Of a stretch of 64,000 bases of DNA, positions 48,928 to 60,217 are shown piece by piece. Position numbers and translations under genes: made by a program. Within the stretch, counting starts at the first letter, position 1; each line of letters begins with the position of its first letter. The DNA is from Obrimoposthia wandeli (Eukaryota), in assembly GCA_977020255.1 (NCBI GenBank), contig CDROCS010001760.1, positions 62,001 to 126,000 of the forward strand, in the 5' to 3' direction. The notes beneath the pieces are model-generated. The model searched no databases. It was not told the origin of the DNA and saw nothing but the letters and a program-made list of their open reading frames with translations.

Positions 48928-49893
48928 CTAACTGCCGCTATATAAATGCTTTTTAGTAATTTGACTTTCGGCTAAGGCTCTATTGCTAGGTAGCTCTATT
49001 GCGCCATCGAATAAATAAATTACTTTTTCGCCGCGCTCTGCTAGATCTAAAGCATGCTGAACGTTGATTAAGATATTTGAAGCTATGTCTTGAGGGAACT
49101 TACTGGCGTCGCGTCTGATATATTCAATGATATCGGTATTTACGGCTTGGTCGTAAAACACCGCATCAGCAAATTGCATTTCTCGGTGTGCGCTAAGTGT
49201 TAAATTATCAGGGTTACCATCACCGGTATGAATAAAAACTATTTCACCTTCAGGTGGCGGTGTTTGTGTTTGTAAACTGGCGATGAGTTGTTGCTCAGCT
49301 TGGGTCGTTTTACCTTCTAGAATAGCTTGCCCAATACTGCCACGTAACGTGCGTTCCCAAAAACTACGTCGGTCACGTATGCTTTTTACCCGAGCTTTAA
49401 CATGATCTCTAAATTTAAAAGAAAAATCAGCTAACTTGCCATAGCCATAGGGTAAGGTTTTTTCGATTTGCTCGCGTAACATGCGTAACAATATTGGCGC
49501 ACTGCCTGAGCTCGACATGGCAATGATCATAGGAGCACGGTCAATAATCGCTGGCGTTATATAATTACAAAGCTCAGGTTGGTCGACAACGTTAGTTAGT
49601 AACTTTAAGTGTGTACTTTCTGCTGCTACAGCACTATTAACTTCACTACTGTCTGTTGCGGCAATAACAATATTACAACGTTCAAGGTGACCTGGTTGAT
49701 AGTTATGTTTAAGCCACGTTAATTGATTTACATTTACTAGGCGTTCAACACTACTATTAAGTGTTTCAGACATTATGGTGATGTTCGTTGTCGACTTTAA
49801 TAATAAGTCTATTTTACGGGCCGCAACTTCACCGCCACCTATTATCATGGCGTTAATATGTTTGGCGTCTAGATAGATAGGAAAATACTTCAT
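48928..49893 (-). CDS. cysG: CysG-like precorrin-2 dehydrogenase/ferrochelatase with degenerate, truncated methyltransferase domain
   Basis: MKYFPIYL, GGGEVAARK, NVVDQPELC, GSAPILLR; C-terminal TGDGNPD in place of GAGPGD. Confidence 0.8.
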   Translation of the reverse strand: MKYFPIYLDAKHINAMIIGGGEVAARKIDLLLKSTTNITIMSETLNSSVERLVNVNQLTWLKHNYQPGHLERCNIVIAATDSSEVNSAVAAESTHLKLLTNVVDQPELCNYITPAIIDRAPMIIAMSSSGSAPILLRMLREQIEKTLPYGYGKLADFSFKFRDHVKARVKSIRDRRSFWERTLRGSIGQAILEGKTTQAEQQLIASLQTQTPPPEGEIVFIHTGDGNPDNLTLSAHREMQFADAVFYDQAVNTDIIEYIRRDASKFPQDIASNILINVQHALDLAERGEKVIYLFDGAIELPSNRALAESQITKKHLYSGS

Positions 49894-49961
49894 TATGTTG
49901 GCACTCTAACGTTAAGGTTGCTTATAAACTTAGTAACACTGCCGTGACTAAAGTTTTTTTA

Positions 49962-50444
49962 TTAAAACGATAATAATGTTTTACTGATCGCTAAGCCATT
50001 ACTATCACCATAAATATATTGACCTGGAATAAAACTTAGCTCGGCAAAGTTAATTATGTTGTTAATTTCACCTTTACCTAGCTTTTCTGTCTTTATCGGG
50101 CAGCAACCGAGGGCTTTAACGCCAAGCGCTAAAGTTGCTATAGTGCCAGCGTCACGAATACAGCCATTAATAACGATTGCTTGCCAACCATTTTTTACTG
50201 CCTGTTCAGCTAACATATCGCCAAGTAACGCATTGGTAATACTCGCTTTGCCATCAACCACCATCACTTTATTTGTTCCGTCGGTGGCAACGAGCTCTTT
50301 AACTTTAGAATTATCGTTATAGCAACTAACCGTTACTATCTCGCCAAAGAATATTTTCTTGCCACCGTAATCATTAAAAATAGGAGCTGCCAAGCTAAGT
50401 TCATGGGGATGTTCGTCGAATAAATCAGGCAGTAGATCTAACAT
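49962..50444 (-). CDS. RraA family protein / putative HMG aldolase
   Basis: PDLFD, YGGKKIFFG, DNSKVK, ALLGD, GCIRD, GDSNG. Confidence 0.88.
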   Translation of the reverse strand: MLDLLPDLFDEHPHELSLAAPIFNDYGGKKIFFGEIVTVSCYNDNSKVKELVATDGTNKVMVVDGKASITNALLGDMLAEQAVKNGWQAIVINGCIRDAGTIATLALGVKALGCCPIKTEKLGKGEINNIINFAELSFIPGQYIYGDSNGLAISKTLLSF

Positions 50445-50842
50445 AGGTATCCTTAATATTTAGGTTGTGACTAATTTTTATCTGATGCAATGTTCGATAA
50501 AACGTCATGATAATTACTTTAGCAGAACAGTGAGCATGGATCTGTTACTCAAAACTATATTCACTATCAAGTAATGTTATATCGACTTTACTAAGCGCCG
50601 AGCGAGAACGAATCGAATACGATCAGCATTATTTCCCTTCTTATATAGAAGGGAAGTAATGGCTTCTATACGGGTGCTATATATCGTCAGGTTTATAGTG
50701 TACGAGTGCCGCTGATGGTTTTGGCATACATCGTATGCGACATAGTTTTGCTAAAAGGGTCACCGTTGAGTTTTTGTCAGGTTATAGTTTTTTGTCACGT
50801 TATAGAGTGATAAACTAGCAAAAAAATTTAATGAGAATAAAA

Positions 50843-51724
50843 ATGCCTTGGATCCAGCTTCGATTGAGTGCAAATGAAGAGACAGCGGAAAAATATAGTG
50901 ATTGGCTAAGTGCCTGTGGCGCACAAGCTGTCACTTTTATTGATGCTAAAGACACACCTATATATGAACCTCTTCCTGGCGATGAAGTGATTTATTGGAA
51001 TAATACCGTTGTTATGGGTTTATACGATGCTAGCCATGATATGGACAAAGTGTTGAATTACTTAAAAGGCATTCACCCAGATAAAGCCAACATGGTTTAT
51101 AAGCTTGAGCAGTTAGAAGATAAAGACTGGGAGCGCGAGTGGATGGATAACTTTCATCCAATGAAATTTGGTCAACGCTTATGGATTTGTCCAAGCTGGC
51201 GCGATGTACCTGATCCAACCGCGGTTAATGTCATGCTTGATCCAGGTTTAGCATTTGGTACAGGTACACACCCAACAACAGCTTTATGCTTAACTTGGCT
51301 TGATGGTTTAGACCTTGAAGGTAAAACTGTTGTCGACTTTGGTTGTGGCTCGGGTATTTTGTCACTTGCTGCGCTGAAATTAGGTGCGAAGAAAGTGATC
51401 GGTATTGATATCGATCCACAAGCATTACAAGCAAGTTTAGAAAATGCAAAACGTAACCAATGTGAAGACCGTTTAGAATTATTCTTACCAAAAGACCAAC
51501 CAGAATTTAAAGCTGATGTTGTGGTCGCTAATATTTTGGCAGGTCCATTACGTGAACTTGCGCCGGTCATCATCGAGTATGTTACTAGCAATGGTGTCTT
51601 GGCATTATCAGGTGTTTTGGAAGAACAAGCTGAGCAATTACAGACTATATATGGTGAGTTTTGTCAGATGGATGCTATTACTGTTCAAGATGAATGGGTA
51701 CGTTTATCCGGTGTCCGTAAATAG
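50843..51724 (+). CDS. prmA: Ribosomal protein L11 methyltransferase; start placed at MPWIQL
   Basis: [34 protein letters not shown]. Confidence 0.95.
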   Translation: MPWIQLRLSANEETAEKYSDWLSACGAQAVTFIDAKDTPIYEPLPGDEVIYWNNTVVMGLYDASHDMDKVLNYLKGIHPDKANMVYKLEQLEDKDWEREWMDNFHPMKFGQRLWICPSWRDVPDPTAVNVMLDPGLAFGTGTHPTTALCLTWLDGLDLEGKTVVDFGCGSGILSLAALKLGAKKVIGIDIDPQALQASLENAKRNQCEDRLELFLPKDQPEFKADVVVANILAGPLRELAPVIIEYVTSNGVLALSGVLEEQAEQLQTIYGEFCQMDAITVQDEWVRLSGVRK

Positions 51725-51921
51725 TCGGCTAAAAATGAATTAAAAAATGAGCAGCTTTTGTTATCAAATTGTACAAAATCTGCTCGCATCAACACTTTAT
51801 AAAATGTCAATATAAAAAACGTGAAAAAAAGCGCTTTTTGTTCAATTTATATCCTTTTCAATCTGAAAAAAAACACGTAAACTTAGCGCCCTTTTGACTA
51901 GTAGCTCAAAAAAACAACAAC

Positions 51922-52899
51922 GTGAAGATAGGTCCATATACTTTAGCAAGTAATACCATACTTGCACCCATGGCGGGTATTACCGATCAACCATTTAGAC
52001 AATTATGTTGTCAGATGGGGGCAGGATTAGCTGTATCAGAGATGATGTCATCTAACCCTAAGGTTTGGAATACCGGTAAATCTCAGCGTCGTATGTTGCA
52101 TAGTGATGAAGCAGGCATACGTTCCGTGCAAATTGCCGGTTCTGACCCTGAAGAGTTAGCTTTTGCTGCTAAGTTTAATGCTGATAATGGCGCTCAAATT
52201 ATTGATATCAATATGGGCTGCCCAGCAAAAAAGGTAAATAAGAAATTAGCAGGTTCAGCGTTACTGAAAGAACCCGGGTTAGTCGAGCTGATTGTTAAAG
52301 CTGTGGTTAGTGCGGTCGATATTCCTGTAACGTTGAAAATTCGTACTGGCTGGTGTGAAAACACTCGCAACGGTATTGAAATAGCCAATATTGCTGAGTA
52401 TAACGGAATACAATCACTTGCTGTGCATGGCCGTACACGTAACGACTTTTATAAAGGCGATGCGGAATACGATACCATTAAAGCAATCAAGCAAGCGGTG
52501 AACATTCCTGTTATTGCTAATGGTGATATTACTTGCGCTGAAAAAGCAGAGCAAGTGCTGAATTACACTGGGGCTGATGCCATTATGGTTGGTCGTGGTG
52601 CCCAAGGGAGACCTTGGATTTTTCGAGAAATTAATCATTTTTTGAAAACGGGTAGACATTTGTCTGCTCCAACAACGGAAGAAGTACGTTCAATTTTAAT
52701 TGGGCATGTAATGGAATTACACAAATTTTACGGTGAATTTATGGGTCTTCGTTTTGCCCGTAAACATGTTTCTTGGTACATGCAAACGCATGAACAAGGA
52801 AAATCGTTTCGTTCTATTTTTAATGCACTTGAGTCAGTTACTGAACAACTCGACGCATTAACTATGTATTTTGATAATTTAACTTTAGAAAGAGTCTGA
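51922..52899 (+). CDS. dusB: tRNA-dihydrouridine synthase B
   Basis: [21 protein letters not shown]; upstream of fis. Confidence 0.95.
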   Translation: MKIGPYTLASNTILAPMAGITDQPFRQLCCQMGAGLAVSEMMSSNPKVWNTGKSQRRMLHSDEAGIRSVQIAGSDPEELAFAAKFNADNGAQIIDINMGCPAKKVNKKLAGSALLKEPGLVELIVKAVVSAVDIPVTLKIRTGWCENTRNGIEIANIAEYNGIQSLAVHGRTRNDFYKGDAEYDTIKAIKQAVNIPVIANGDITCAEKAEQVLNYTGADAIMVGRGAQGRPWIFREINHFLKTGRHLSAPTTEEVRSILIGHVMELHKFYGEFMGLRFARKHVSWYMQTHEQGKSFRSIFNALESVTEQLDALTMYFDNLTLERV

Positions 52900-52904
52900 A
52901 CTTT

Positions 52905-53192
52905 ATGTTTGAACAAAATATTTCCTCTCCATTTATTACCGGTGATCTACAAACTCAGACAAAGGCCTCGCCTTTACGCACACAAGCAAAAGTAGCTATT
53001 AAAAACTACTTGTCTCAGTTAAACGGTAATGACGTTGATGATATGTACGACCTTGTACTTTCAGAAATTGAAGCGCCAATGCTTGAAGAAGTTATGAAGT
53101 ATACGCGCGGTAACCAAACACGCGCAGCTAACTTACTAGGTATCAATCGCGGTACTTTACGTAAGAAGTTAAAAAAATACGGCATGAACTAA
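52905..53192 (+). CDS. fis: Nucleoid protein Fis
   Basis: [28 protein letters not shown]. Confidence 0.97.
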   Translation: MFEQNISSPFITGDLQTQTKASPLRTQAKVAIKNYLSQLNGNDVDDMYDLVLSEIEAPMLEEVMKYTRGNQTRAANLLGINRGTLRKKLKKYGMN

Positions 53193-53219
53193 GAAATACG
53201 ACAGGTTAGCCTGTCAATT

Positions 53220-53249
53220 AAAAGCACCCTCGGGTGCTTTTTTGTTTTT
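53220..53249 (+). terminator. Rho-independent terminator
   Basis: AAAAGCACCC-TC-GGGTGCTTTT followed by a T run. Confidence 0.85.
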
Positions 53250-53400
53250 AGGGATATAAAAGTTATCCAGTTAGTCAGGTTTTTAGTCCCTAAAATAAAA
53301 TATCATCAGAATGGAGATGATATCGAGTATTACACTCACCGCCAAGGACATGTGTCATAGGCCAGACAACCATTTTAATTTATAGGTAATTAGAAAAACC

Positions 53401-54996
53401 ATGGATACACCACGCCCAATCAAACGTGCACTATTAAGTGTTTCAGATAAAACCGGTATTGTTGAATTTGCTCGCTCGCTATCATTAAAAGGTGTTGATC
53501 TTTTATCAACGGGTGGCACGGCGAAGTTATTGGCAGAAAATGGCATTAAAGTAACAGAAGTATCTGATTACACAGGTCATCCAGAAATTATGGATGGTCG
53601 AGTTAAAACACTTCATCCAAAAATACATGGTGGTATTTTAGCACGCCGTGATATGGACGAAGCGGTTATGGCTGAAAATGATATCAGTGCTATTGATTTA
53701 GTTGTGGTAAATCTTTACCCATTTGCTGATGCAGTTGCCGATGAAAATTGTTCATTAGAAAATGCGATTGAAAACATTGATATTGGCGGGCCAACAATGG
53801 TGCGCGCAGCAGCTAAAAATCATAAAGACGTAACTATTGTGGTCAATGCACAAGATTACGCACGTGTTTTAGCTGAAATGGATGTTAATAATGGTTCTTT
53901 GGTTTATCAAACACGTTTTGATCTTGCTATAGCCGCTTATGAACACACTGCAGCTTATGACGGTATGATTGCTAATTATTTTGGTCAAATGTTGCCAGTA
54001 CATGGCAGTAATGAAACGGCAAGTGTGGAAAAGAAAAAATTCCCACGTACCTTTAATAGCCAGTTCATTAAAAAACAAGACTTACGCTACGGTGAGAACT
54101 CACATCAAGATGCGGCGTTTTATGTTGAAGCGAATCCAGAAGAAGCTTCAGTGTCTACAGCTAAACAAATTCAGGGTAAGGCTTTATCGTATAACAATAT
54201 TGCTGATACTGATGCTGCACTTGAATGTGTTAAAGAATTTGATGAGCCGGCATGCGTTATTGTGAAACATGCAAACCCATGTGGTGTTGCTATTGGTGAT
54301 GATATTTTAGCCGCTTATGAAGGTGCTTATAAAACCGACCCAACATCTGCTTTTGGTGGCATTATTGCTTTTAACCGCGAGTTAGATGAAGAAACAGCAC
54401 AAGCTATTGTTTCTCGTCAATTTGTTGAAGTTATAATCGCGCCAAGTATTTCTGATGCGGCAGCAAAAGTTGTCTCTACTAAACCTAATCTGCGTCTACT
54501 CGCTTGTGGCCAATGGTCTTCTAAAACAACAGGGTTTGATTTTAAACGTGTAAACGGCGGCTTATTAGTACAAGACACAGATCAAGGCAGTGTAACCAGC
54601 GATGATCTAACTGTTGTGACTAAGCGTCAACCTACGTCTGAAGAAATGCGCGATTTGCAGTTCTGTTGGAAAGTAGCGAAATACGTTAAATCAAACGCCA
54701 TTGTTTATGTTAAAAACAGTTCAACTATTGGTGTTGGTGCTGGTCAAATGAGCCGCGTATATTCAGCTAAAGTTGCGGGCATTAAAGCGGCAGATGAAAA
54801 CCTAGAAGTGGCAGGTTCAGTCATGGCATCTGACGCGTTCTTCCCATTTCGTGACGGTTTAGATGCAGCAGCCGAAGCTGGCATTACCGCAGTAATTCAA
54901 CCGGGTGGTTCAATGCGTGACAATGAAGTTATTGCTGCTGCAGACGAGCATAACATCGCCATGGTATTTACGGGTATGCGCCACTTCCGTCATTAA
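53401..54996 (+). CDS. purH: Bifunctional AICAR transformylase/IMP cyclohydrolase
   Basis: [35 protein letters not shown]. Confidence 0.97.
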   Translation: MDTPRPIKRALLSVSDKTGIVEFARSLSLKGVDLLSTGGTAKLLAENGIKVTEVSDYTGHPEIMDGRVKTLHPKIHGGILARRDMDEAVMAENDISAIDLVVVNLYPFADAVADENCSLENAIENIDIGGPTMVRAAAKNHKDVTIVVNAQDYARVLAEMDVNNGSLVYQTRFDLAIAAYEHTAAYDGMIANYFGQMLPVHGSNETASVEKKKFPRTFNSQFIKKQDLRYGENSHQDAAFYVEANPEEASVSTAKQIQGKALSYNNIADTDAALECVKEFDEPACVIVKHANPCGVAIGDDILAAYEGAYKTDPTSAFGGIIAFNRELDEETAQAIVSRQFVEVIIAPSISDAAAKVVSTKPNLRLLACGQWSSKTTGFDFKRVNGGLLVQDTDQGSVTSDDLTVVTKRQPTSEEMRDLQFCWKVAKYVKSNAIVYVKNSSTIGVGAGQMSRVYSAKVAGIKAADENLEVAGSVMASDAFFPFRDGLDAAAEAGITAVIQPGGSMRDNEVIAAADEHNIAMVFTGMRHFRH

Positions 54997-55013
54997 TCAC
55001 TAAATTAATGATG

Positions 55014-55046
55014 AAAAATGCTCAGATAATTAATCTGAGCATTTTT
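55014..55046 (+). terminator. Rho-independent terminator
   Basis: AAAAATGCTCAGAT/ATCTGAGCATTTTT inverted repeat. Confidence 0.8.
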
Positions 55047-55072
55047 ATTGCAGAAATCATTGTTGAGTGATG

Positions 55073-55265
55073 TATACCCGCTCCACTTCAAAAGGCAGAT
55101 TTCAGCAAGTCGAGAAAGGGTTAGCACCAAGGCATTGATCGACGGGAATAGTTATTCTATTTTCGAAATCAATAAGGCTGGAGATGACCCATTATCGGCG
55201 TATCGCGCCTTGATCTGAATTCCTAGCTTAGCTCTGAAACTGCATCTTGAAGTGGAACGGGTATA
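55073..55265. mobile_element. ERIC-like MITE (193 bp)
   Basis: TA-bounded terminal inverted repeats TATACCCGCTCCACTTCAA...TTGAAGTGGAACGGGTATA, extending about 32 bp with few mismatches; no ORF. Confidence 0.8.
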
Positions 55266-55411
55266 TATGTCGTAATATTGTCTTGCGACATACTCAATTA
55301 AGTTCAAATGCTGTTTTTCGTCGATAAGATAACAATAACGGCACTGAACATCTGAAAGAAATCTGCTATAACTAGCGTCTATAAAAATTTACTAGTTACG
55401 GGAAGATAACA

Positions 55412-56239
55412 ATGCATACAACAGCTCAAACTATCAAAAAAGTTTTTACCGCCTCAATCGTTTCTGCGACCTTATTATGTTCTGGGTTTGCTAACGCTCA
55501 TCAAGACGCTGATCATCTAAGTCAGCTTGAACAAGCTATTGCTGGCGATCACCGTTCAGCAAAAAATAAAGCACGTGATGAATTTCGTCATCCGAAAGAA
55601 ACTTTAGAATTCTTCGGTTTTAATTCATCTATGACCGTGGTTGAAATTACACCTGGCGGCGGCTGGTATACCGAAATATTAGCACCAGCAGTAAAAGGTC
55701 AAGGTAAGCTTTATGGCGCTCATTACCCTGATACGGGTGAAAATAACTATTATAGTAATTCACGCAAGCAATTAGTTGCAAAGCTAGCGAGTAACGCTGT
55801 ATTTAGTGAAGTAGAACTGACGAACTTTGTGCCGCGTCAAGCAAGCGAACTTGCACCTGCTGGCACCGCTGATTTGGTATTAACTTTCCGTAATTTACAT
55901 AACTGGCGTGATGAAGGTGTAGAACAGGCATTTAAAGATGCTTATAAAGCCTTGAAAAAAGGTGGCGTTTTAGGTGTTGTTGAACATCGCTTACCTGCTG
56001 GTGTTGATGCTGAAAAAGCAAAAGGCTATGTTTTACAAAGTAAAACTATTGAGCAAGCACAAGCTGCTGGTTTTACTTTAGCAGCAAGCAGTGAAATAAA
56101 TGCTAATGCTAAAGACACCGTTATCTATCCAAAAGGTGTTTGGACATTACCGCCGGTTTTACGTCTAGGCGAGCAAGATAAAGCAAAATATATGGCGATT
56201 GGCGAAAGTGATCGTATGACATTAAAATTTGTAAAATAA
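55412..56239 (+). CDS. Class I SAM-dependent methyltransferase-like protein with signal peptide
   Basis: RDEFRHPKETL, VVEITPGGGWYT, DLVLTFRNLHNW, GESDRMTLKF. Confidence 0.85.
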   Translation: MHTTAQTIKKVFTASIVSATLLCSGFANAHQDADHLSQLEQAIAGDHRSAKNKARDEFRHPKETLEFFGFNSSMTVVEITPGGGWYTEILAPAVKGQGKLYGAHYPDTGENNYYSNSRKQLVAKLASNAVFSEVELTNFVPRQASELAPAGTADLVLTFRNLHNWRDEGVEQAFKDAYKALKKGGVLGVVEHRLPAGVDAEKAKGYVLQSKTIEQAQAAGFTLAASSEINANAKDTVIYPKGVWTLPPVLRLGEQDKAKYMAIGESDRMTLKFVK

Positions 56240-56315
56240 CATAAATGATATTGGAACGAAGTGAGCTTGTATCACTTCGTTTCGAGTTAACAATAAATAT
56301 TAGGGATTTACGTAA

Positions 56316-57602
56316 ATGAATGTTTTGGTAATTGGTGGTGGTGGTCGTGAACATGCACTTGCATGGAAGGCTGCTCAATCATCTTCTGTCACGAAAGTCT
56401 ATGTTGCACCGGGTAATGCTGGCACAGCAACCGAAGCTAAATTAGAAAATGTAGCTATTTCAGTTGGTGATATTCCTGCTTTAGTCGATTTTGCTAAACG
56501 CAATGACGTTACATTGACTATTGTTGGTCCTGAACAGCCATTAGTTGACGGTGTTGTTGATGCTTTCCAAGCTGAAGGTTTAATGATTTTTGGCCCAAGC
56601 GCAAAAGCGGCACAGCTGGAAGGTTCAAAAGCATTTACTAAAGACTTCTTAGCAAGAAATAACATTCCGAGTGGCACTTATCAAAACTTTACTGAAATAG
56701 AACCTGCACTTGCTTATGTTCGTCAGCAGGGCGCACCTATTGTAGTTAAAGCTGATGGTCTAGCGGCAGGTAAAGGCGTTATTGTTGCTATGACCCTTGA
56801 AGAAGCTGAAGATGCCATAAAAGACATGCTTGCGGGTAATGCTTTTGGTGATGCAGGTCATCGTGTAGTAATAGAAGAGTTTCTAGAAGGTGAAGAAGCC
56901 AGTTTTATTGTTATGGTTGATGGCAAGAATGTTTTAGCATTTGCGACCAGCCAAGATCATAAACGTGCATATAATGGTGATAAAGGTCCAAATACTGGCG
57001 GCATGGGAGCATATTCTCCAGCTCCAGTGGTTACACCTGAAATACACCAACGCGCGATGAATGAAGTTATTATGCCGACAGTTGAAGGTATGGCAAGAGA
57101 AGGAGCACCTTATACTGGCTTTTTATATGCTGGTTTAATGATTGATAGTGACGGTACACCAAAGGTTATCGAGTACAATTGTCGTTTCGGGGATCCTGAA
57201 ACTCAACCCATTATGATGCGATTAAATTCAGATCTTGTTCAATTGTGTATCATGGCTTGTCGTGGTGAATTAGACAAAGCAACCATTGACTTTGATCCTC
57301 GCCCAGCTGTCGGAGTAGTTCTAGCTGCTGCTGGCTATCCGAGTGATTACCCGAAAGGCGATATTATCTCTGGCCTCGATATTAATAAAGCTACAGATAG
57401 AAAAGTATTTCATGCCGGCACAGCAGAACAAAATGGAGCTGTAGTGACTGCCGGTGGTCGTGTTTTATGTGCAACTGCTCTAGGTAATAATGTCACTGAG
57501 GCACAAAAAGCAGCCTATGAATTATTGCAGCAAGTGTCTTGGCAAGGCGTAGAGTATCGTACAGATATTGCTTATCGCGCTATTGAACGTGAAAAGGCTT
57601 AA
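56316..57602 (+). CDS. purD: Phosphoribosylamine-glycine ligase
   Basis: GGGGREHALA, KADGLAAGKGV, GPNTGGMGAY, EYNCRFGDPE. Confidence 0.97.
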   Translation: MNVLVIGGGGREHALAWKAAQSSSVTKVYVAPGNAGTATEAKLENVAISVGDIPALVDFAKRNDVTLTIVGPEQPLVDGVVDAFQAEGLMIFGPSAKAAQLEGSKAFTKDFLARNNIPSGTYQNFTEIEPALAYVRQQGAPIVVKADGLAAGKGVIVAMTLEEAEDAIKDMLAGNAFGDAGHRVVIEEFLEGEEASFIVMVDGKNVLAFATSQDHKRAYNGDKGPNTGGMGAYSPAPVVTPEIHQRAMNEVIMPTVEGMAREGAPYTGFLYAGLMIDSDGTPKVIEYNCRFGDPETQPIMMRLNSDLVQLCIMACRGELDKATIDFDPRPAVGVVLAAAGYPSDYPKGDIISGLDINKATDRKVFHAGTAEQNGAVVTAGGRVLCATALGNNVTEAQKAAYELLQQVSWQGVEYRTDIAYRAIEREKA

Positions 57603-57634
57603 TTCAAAATAGCCTATAGTGACTGTTTTGTAAT

Positions 57635-57664
57635 AAAAAAGCCCAGCGATTGCTGGGCTTTTTT
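57635..57664. terminator. Bidirectional terminator
   Basis: A6-GCCCAGC-GATT-GCTGGGC-T6. Confidence 0.88.
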
Positions 57665-57710
57665 AGGACTATTTTTTGTGATTTAGCTATTATTCAAATT
57701 GTTATTAAAA

Positions 57711-58454
57711 CTAATCATCTAGTTTAGCTAACATTTCTTTATTAGCGCCACCGGCTATTGCTGCAGCGATAGCAGAATCTTTATCGAAACCAGAGTCAAT
57801 AGCAGCATTAACAATATCGTTGTTATGACTATCAGAACTTTGATGAACTGCCGTAGTTACCACCGTATCAGCTTGGCCTGGAAACAGCTGTAATATTTCT
57901 TTAACTATATTTGTCGCTTGTTCAGGAATAGCTGTAATAGCAGCGGTAAGAATACTTAACATTTCACTAGGATAATTCGTCGCAGTATTGTTAATGATAT
58001 TATTAGTATCATAAGGTTCAGTTCTTATTGCAACGCGAACAATACTTTCAATTTCACTTGGATTAAATTTCACTGCTGTATTCACTATTTCCTGAGCATA
58101 TGCAGGCTCTGCTTCTATCGCAATAATCACCAACTCACTACTTGGAGCAACATTCGCTTTAATCGCGTTTTCGATGACATTACAAGCGAGTACGGGTTCA
58201 GCAGCTAACGCGCCTAACATTATTTGACGGTACTGACTTGGGTAACGCTTAAAGGCAACAGACATGACAATATCAACTTTCTCTGGATAACGAGACAGAA
58301 TTGAATGTACGCTGCTCTGAATTGTTCTATGTTTTTTTACTTGTTGGTTTAATATCTTAGTAATTAAACGTTCTTGTCTATACTCGGCAATATCCTTCGC
58401 CATAACTGTACTACTAATACCGACAAGCATTAACAAGATGATAAGTTTTTTCAT
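57711..58454 (-). CDS. Exported helical-repeat hypothetical protein
   Basis: Signal peptide; recurring 15-aa xxP-(helix) units. Confidence 0.65.
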   Translation of the reverse strand: MKKLIILLMLVGISSTVMAKDIAEYRQERLITKILNQQVKKHRTIQSSVHSILSRYPEKVDIVMSVAFKRYPSQYRQIMLGALAAEPVLACNVIENAIKANVAPSSELVIIAIEAEPAYAQEIVNTAVKFNPSEIESIVRVAIRTEPYDTNNIINNTATNYPSEMLSILTAAITAIPEQATNIVKEILQLFPGQADTVVTTAVHQSSDSHNNDIVNAAIDSGFDKDSAIAAAIAGGANKEMLAKLDD

Positions 58455-58704
58455 TTGTTATGCTCTTTATATGCTTTGCATGGTGAAACCCAGGCTATTT
58501 GCATTTTATTATTCTTAGTATCAAACCAATATAGAGTATAAATATCTTTATAGCACCTGTGTTTTTATACATAAGAATAGACTTGGTTGTCAAAACTATT
58601 AACTAATGTGTAGCTAATTACTGATGGTTTAGTCCTTAAAATAAACAATTAGTTCAATTAAAAAGCAAACAAACATTTATTAGTAAATAAAGTGTATTTA
58701 GGTG

Positions 58705-58738
58705 TTGACGTGAGGCGAGAAATCTCTAAAATGCGCTC
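58705..58738 (+). promoter_or_regulatory. rrn P1 promoter
   Basis: TTGACG, 16 nt, TAAAAT, GC-rich discriminator GCGCTC. Confidence 0.8.
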
Positions 58739-58873
58739 CACTTCTTCGGGACAAGTCGAAGAGGTTGTTTTAATGAGTTATCTCTTTCAGTTTAGGCTGA
58801 TTTGGTTAACTTAACGTTTTAAAGATTGGTTTTGAAAGTTTTAAAAACTTTTAAAATAAATTCAAATAAAACG

Positions 58874-58907
58874 TTGACATTAAAACAGAGTTGCGTAGAA
58901 TGCGCAT
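58874..58907 (+). promoter_or_regulatory. rrn P2 promoter
   Basis: TTGACA, 16 nt, TAGAAT, discriminator GCGCAT. Confidence 0.8.
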
Positions 58908-59003
58908 CTCGCTTCAGGCAAGGCCTGCAGCAACGAATTACTTACGGTATAGAGCGAATGAGATTCTGTATCGGTTAGTTCACCTCCTCCGAGGAAGCTA
59001 ACT

Positions 59004-59015
59004 TTCTTTAACAAT
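59004..59015 (+). promoter_or_regulatory. boxA antitermination site
   Basis: TTCTTTAACAAT; a second copy lies in the 16S-23S spacer near 61218. Confidence 0.75.
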
Positions 59016-59252
59016 TAGTTATCATGCAATTTGTGTGGACACTCACATTAACGTTGATTTTACATAGTTATCCTCGGATAACAAAAAAACAGCTTAATAT
59101 GATGTCACACAAAAATAAGTATCATTTAGGTCTTCGGATTTAAATAATACGTTTTATGTAGTTACTTTCTTCTTTAGTCGGATAGGAAGTAACACGACAG
59201 AATTCATTGAGCAGTAACACATCGCTTGCGATGAGGTTACACAAACGATTTT

Positions 59253-59589
59253 TAATTGAAGAGTTTGATCATGGCTCAGATTGAACGCTGGCGGCAGGCT
59301 TAACACATGCAAGTCGAGCGGTAACAGAGATAGCTTGCTATCTGCTGACGAGCGGCGGACGGGTGAGTAATGCTTGGGAATATGCCTTTGAGTGGGGGAC
59401 AACAGTTGGAAACGACTGCTAATACCGCATAACGTCTACGGACCAAAGGGGGGGATGCTTCGGCACCTCTCGCTCATTGATTAGCCCAAGTGAGATTAGC
59501 TAGTTGGTAGGGTAATGGCCTACCAAGGCGACGATGGGTAGCCGGCCTGAGAGGATGAACGGCCACACTGGGACTGAGACACGGCCCTT

Positions 59590-59632
<43 letters not shown>

Positions 59633-59753
59633 CAAGCCTGATCCAGCCATGCCGCGTGTGTGAAGAAGGCCTTTTGGTTGTAAAGCACTTTAAGCGAGGA
59701 GGAAGGTTAGTAGTTAATAACTGCTAGCTGTGACGTTACTCGCAGAAGAAGCC

Positions 59754-59792
<39 letters not shown>

Positions 59793-60014
59793 GGGCAAGC
59801 GTTATCCGGAATCACTGGGCGTAAAGGGTGCGTAGGTGGTTTGTTAAGCAAGATGTGAAAGCCCCGGGCTCAACCTGGGAACTGCATTTTGAACTGGCAA
59901 GCTAGAGTTTTGTAGAGGGTAGTGGAATTTCCAGTGTAGCGGTGAAATGCGTAGAGATTGGAAGGAACATCAGTGGCGAAGGCGGCTACCTGGACAAAGA
60001 CTGACACTGAGGCA

Positions 60015-60072
<58 letters not shown>

Positions 60073-60167
60073 TCAACTAGCCGTCTGTGGTCTTGAACCG
60101 TGGGTGGCGTAGCTAACGCGCTAAGTTGACCGCCTGGGGAGTACGGCCGCAAGGTTAAAACTCAAAT

Positions 60168-60217
<50 letters not shown>

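Noticed and set aside
2054-58454. Numerous 60-100 aa ORFs overlapping confident genes on the opposite strand or in another frame
   Set aside because: Shadow ORFs with no motifs or RBS; the overlapping genes are well supported
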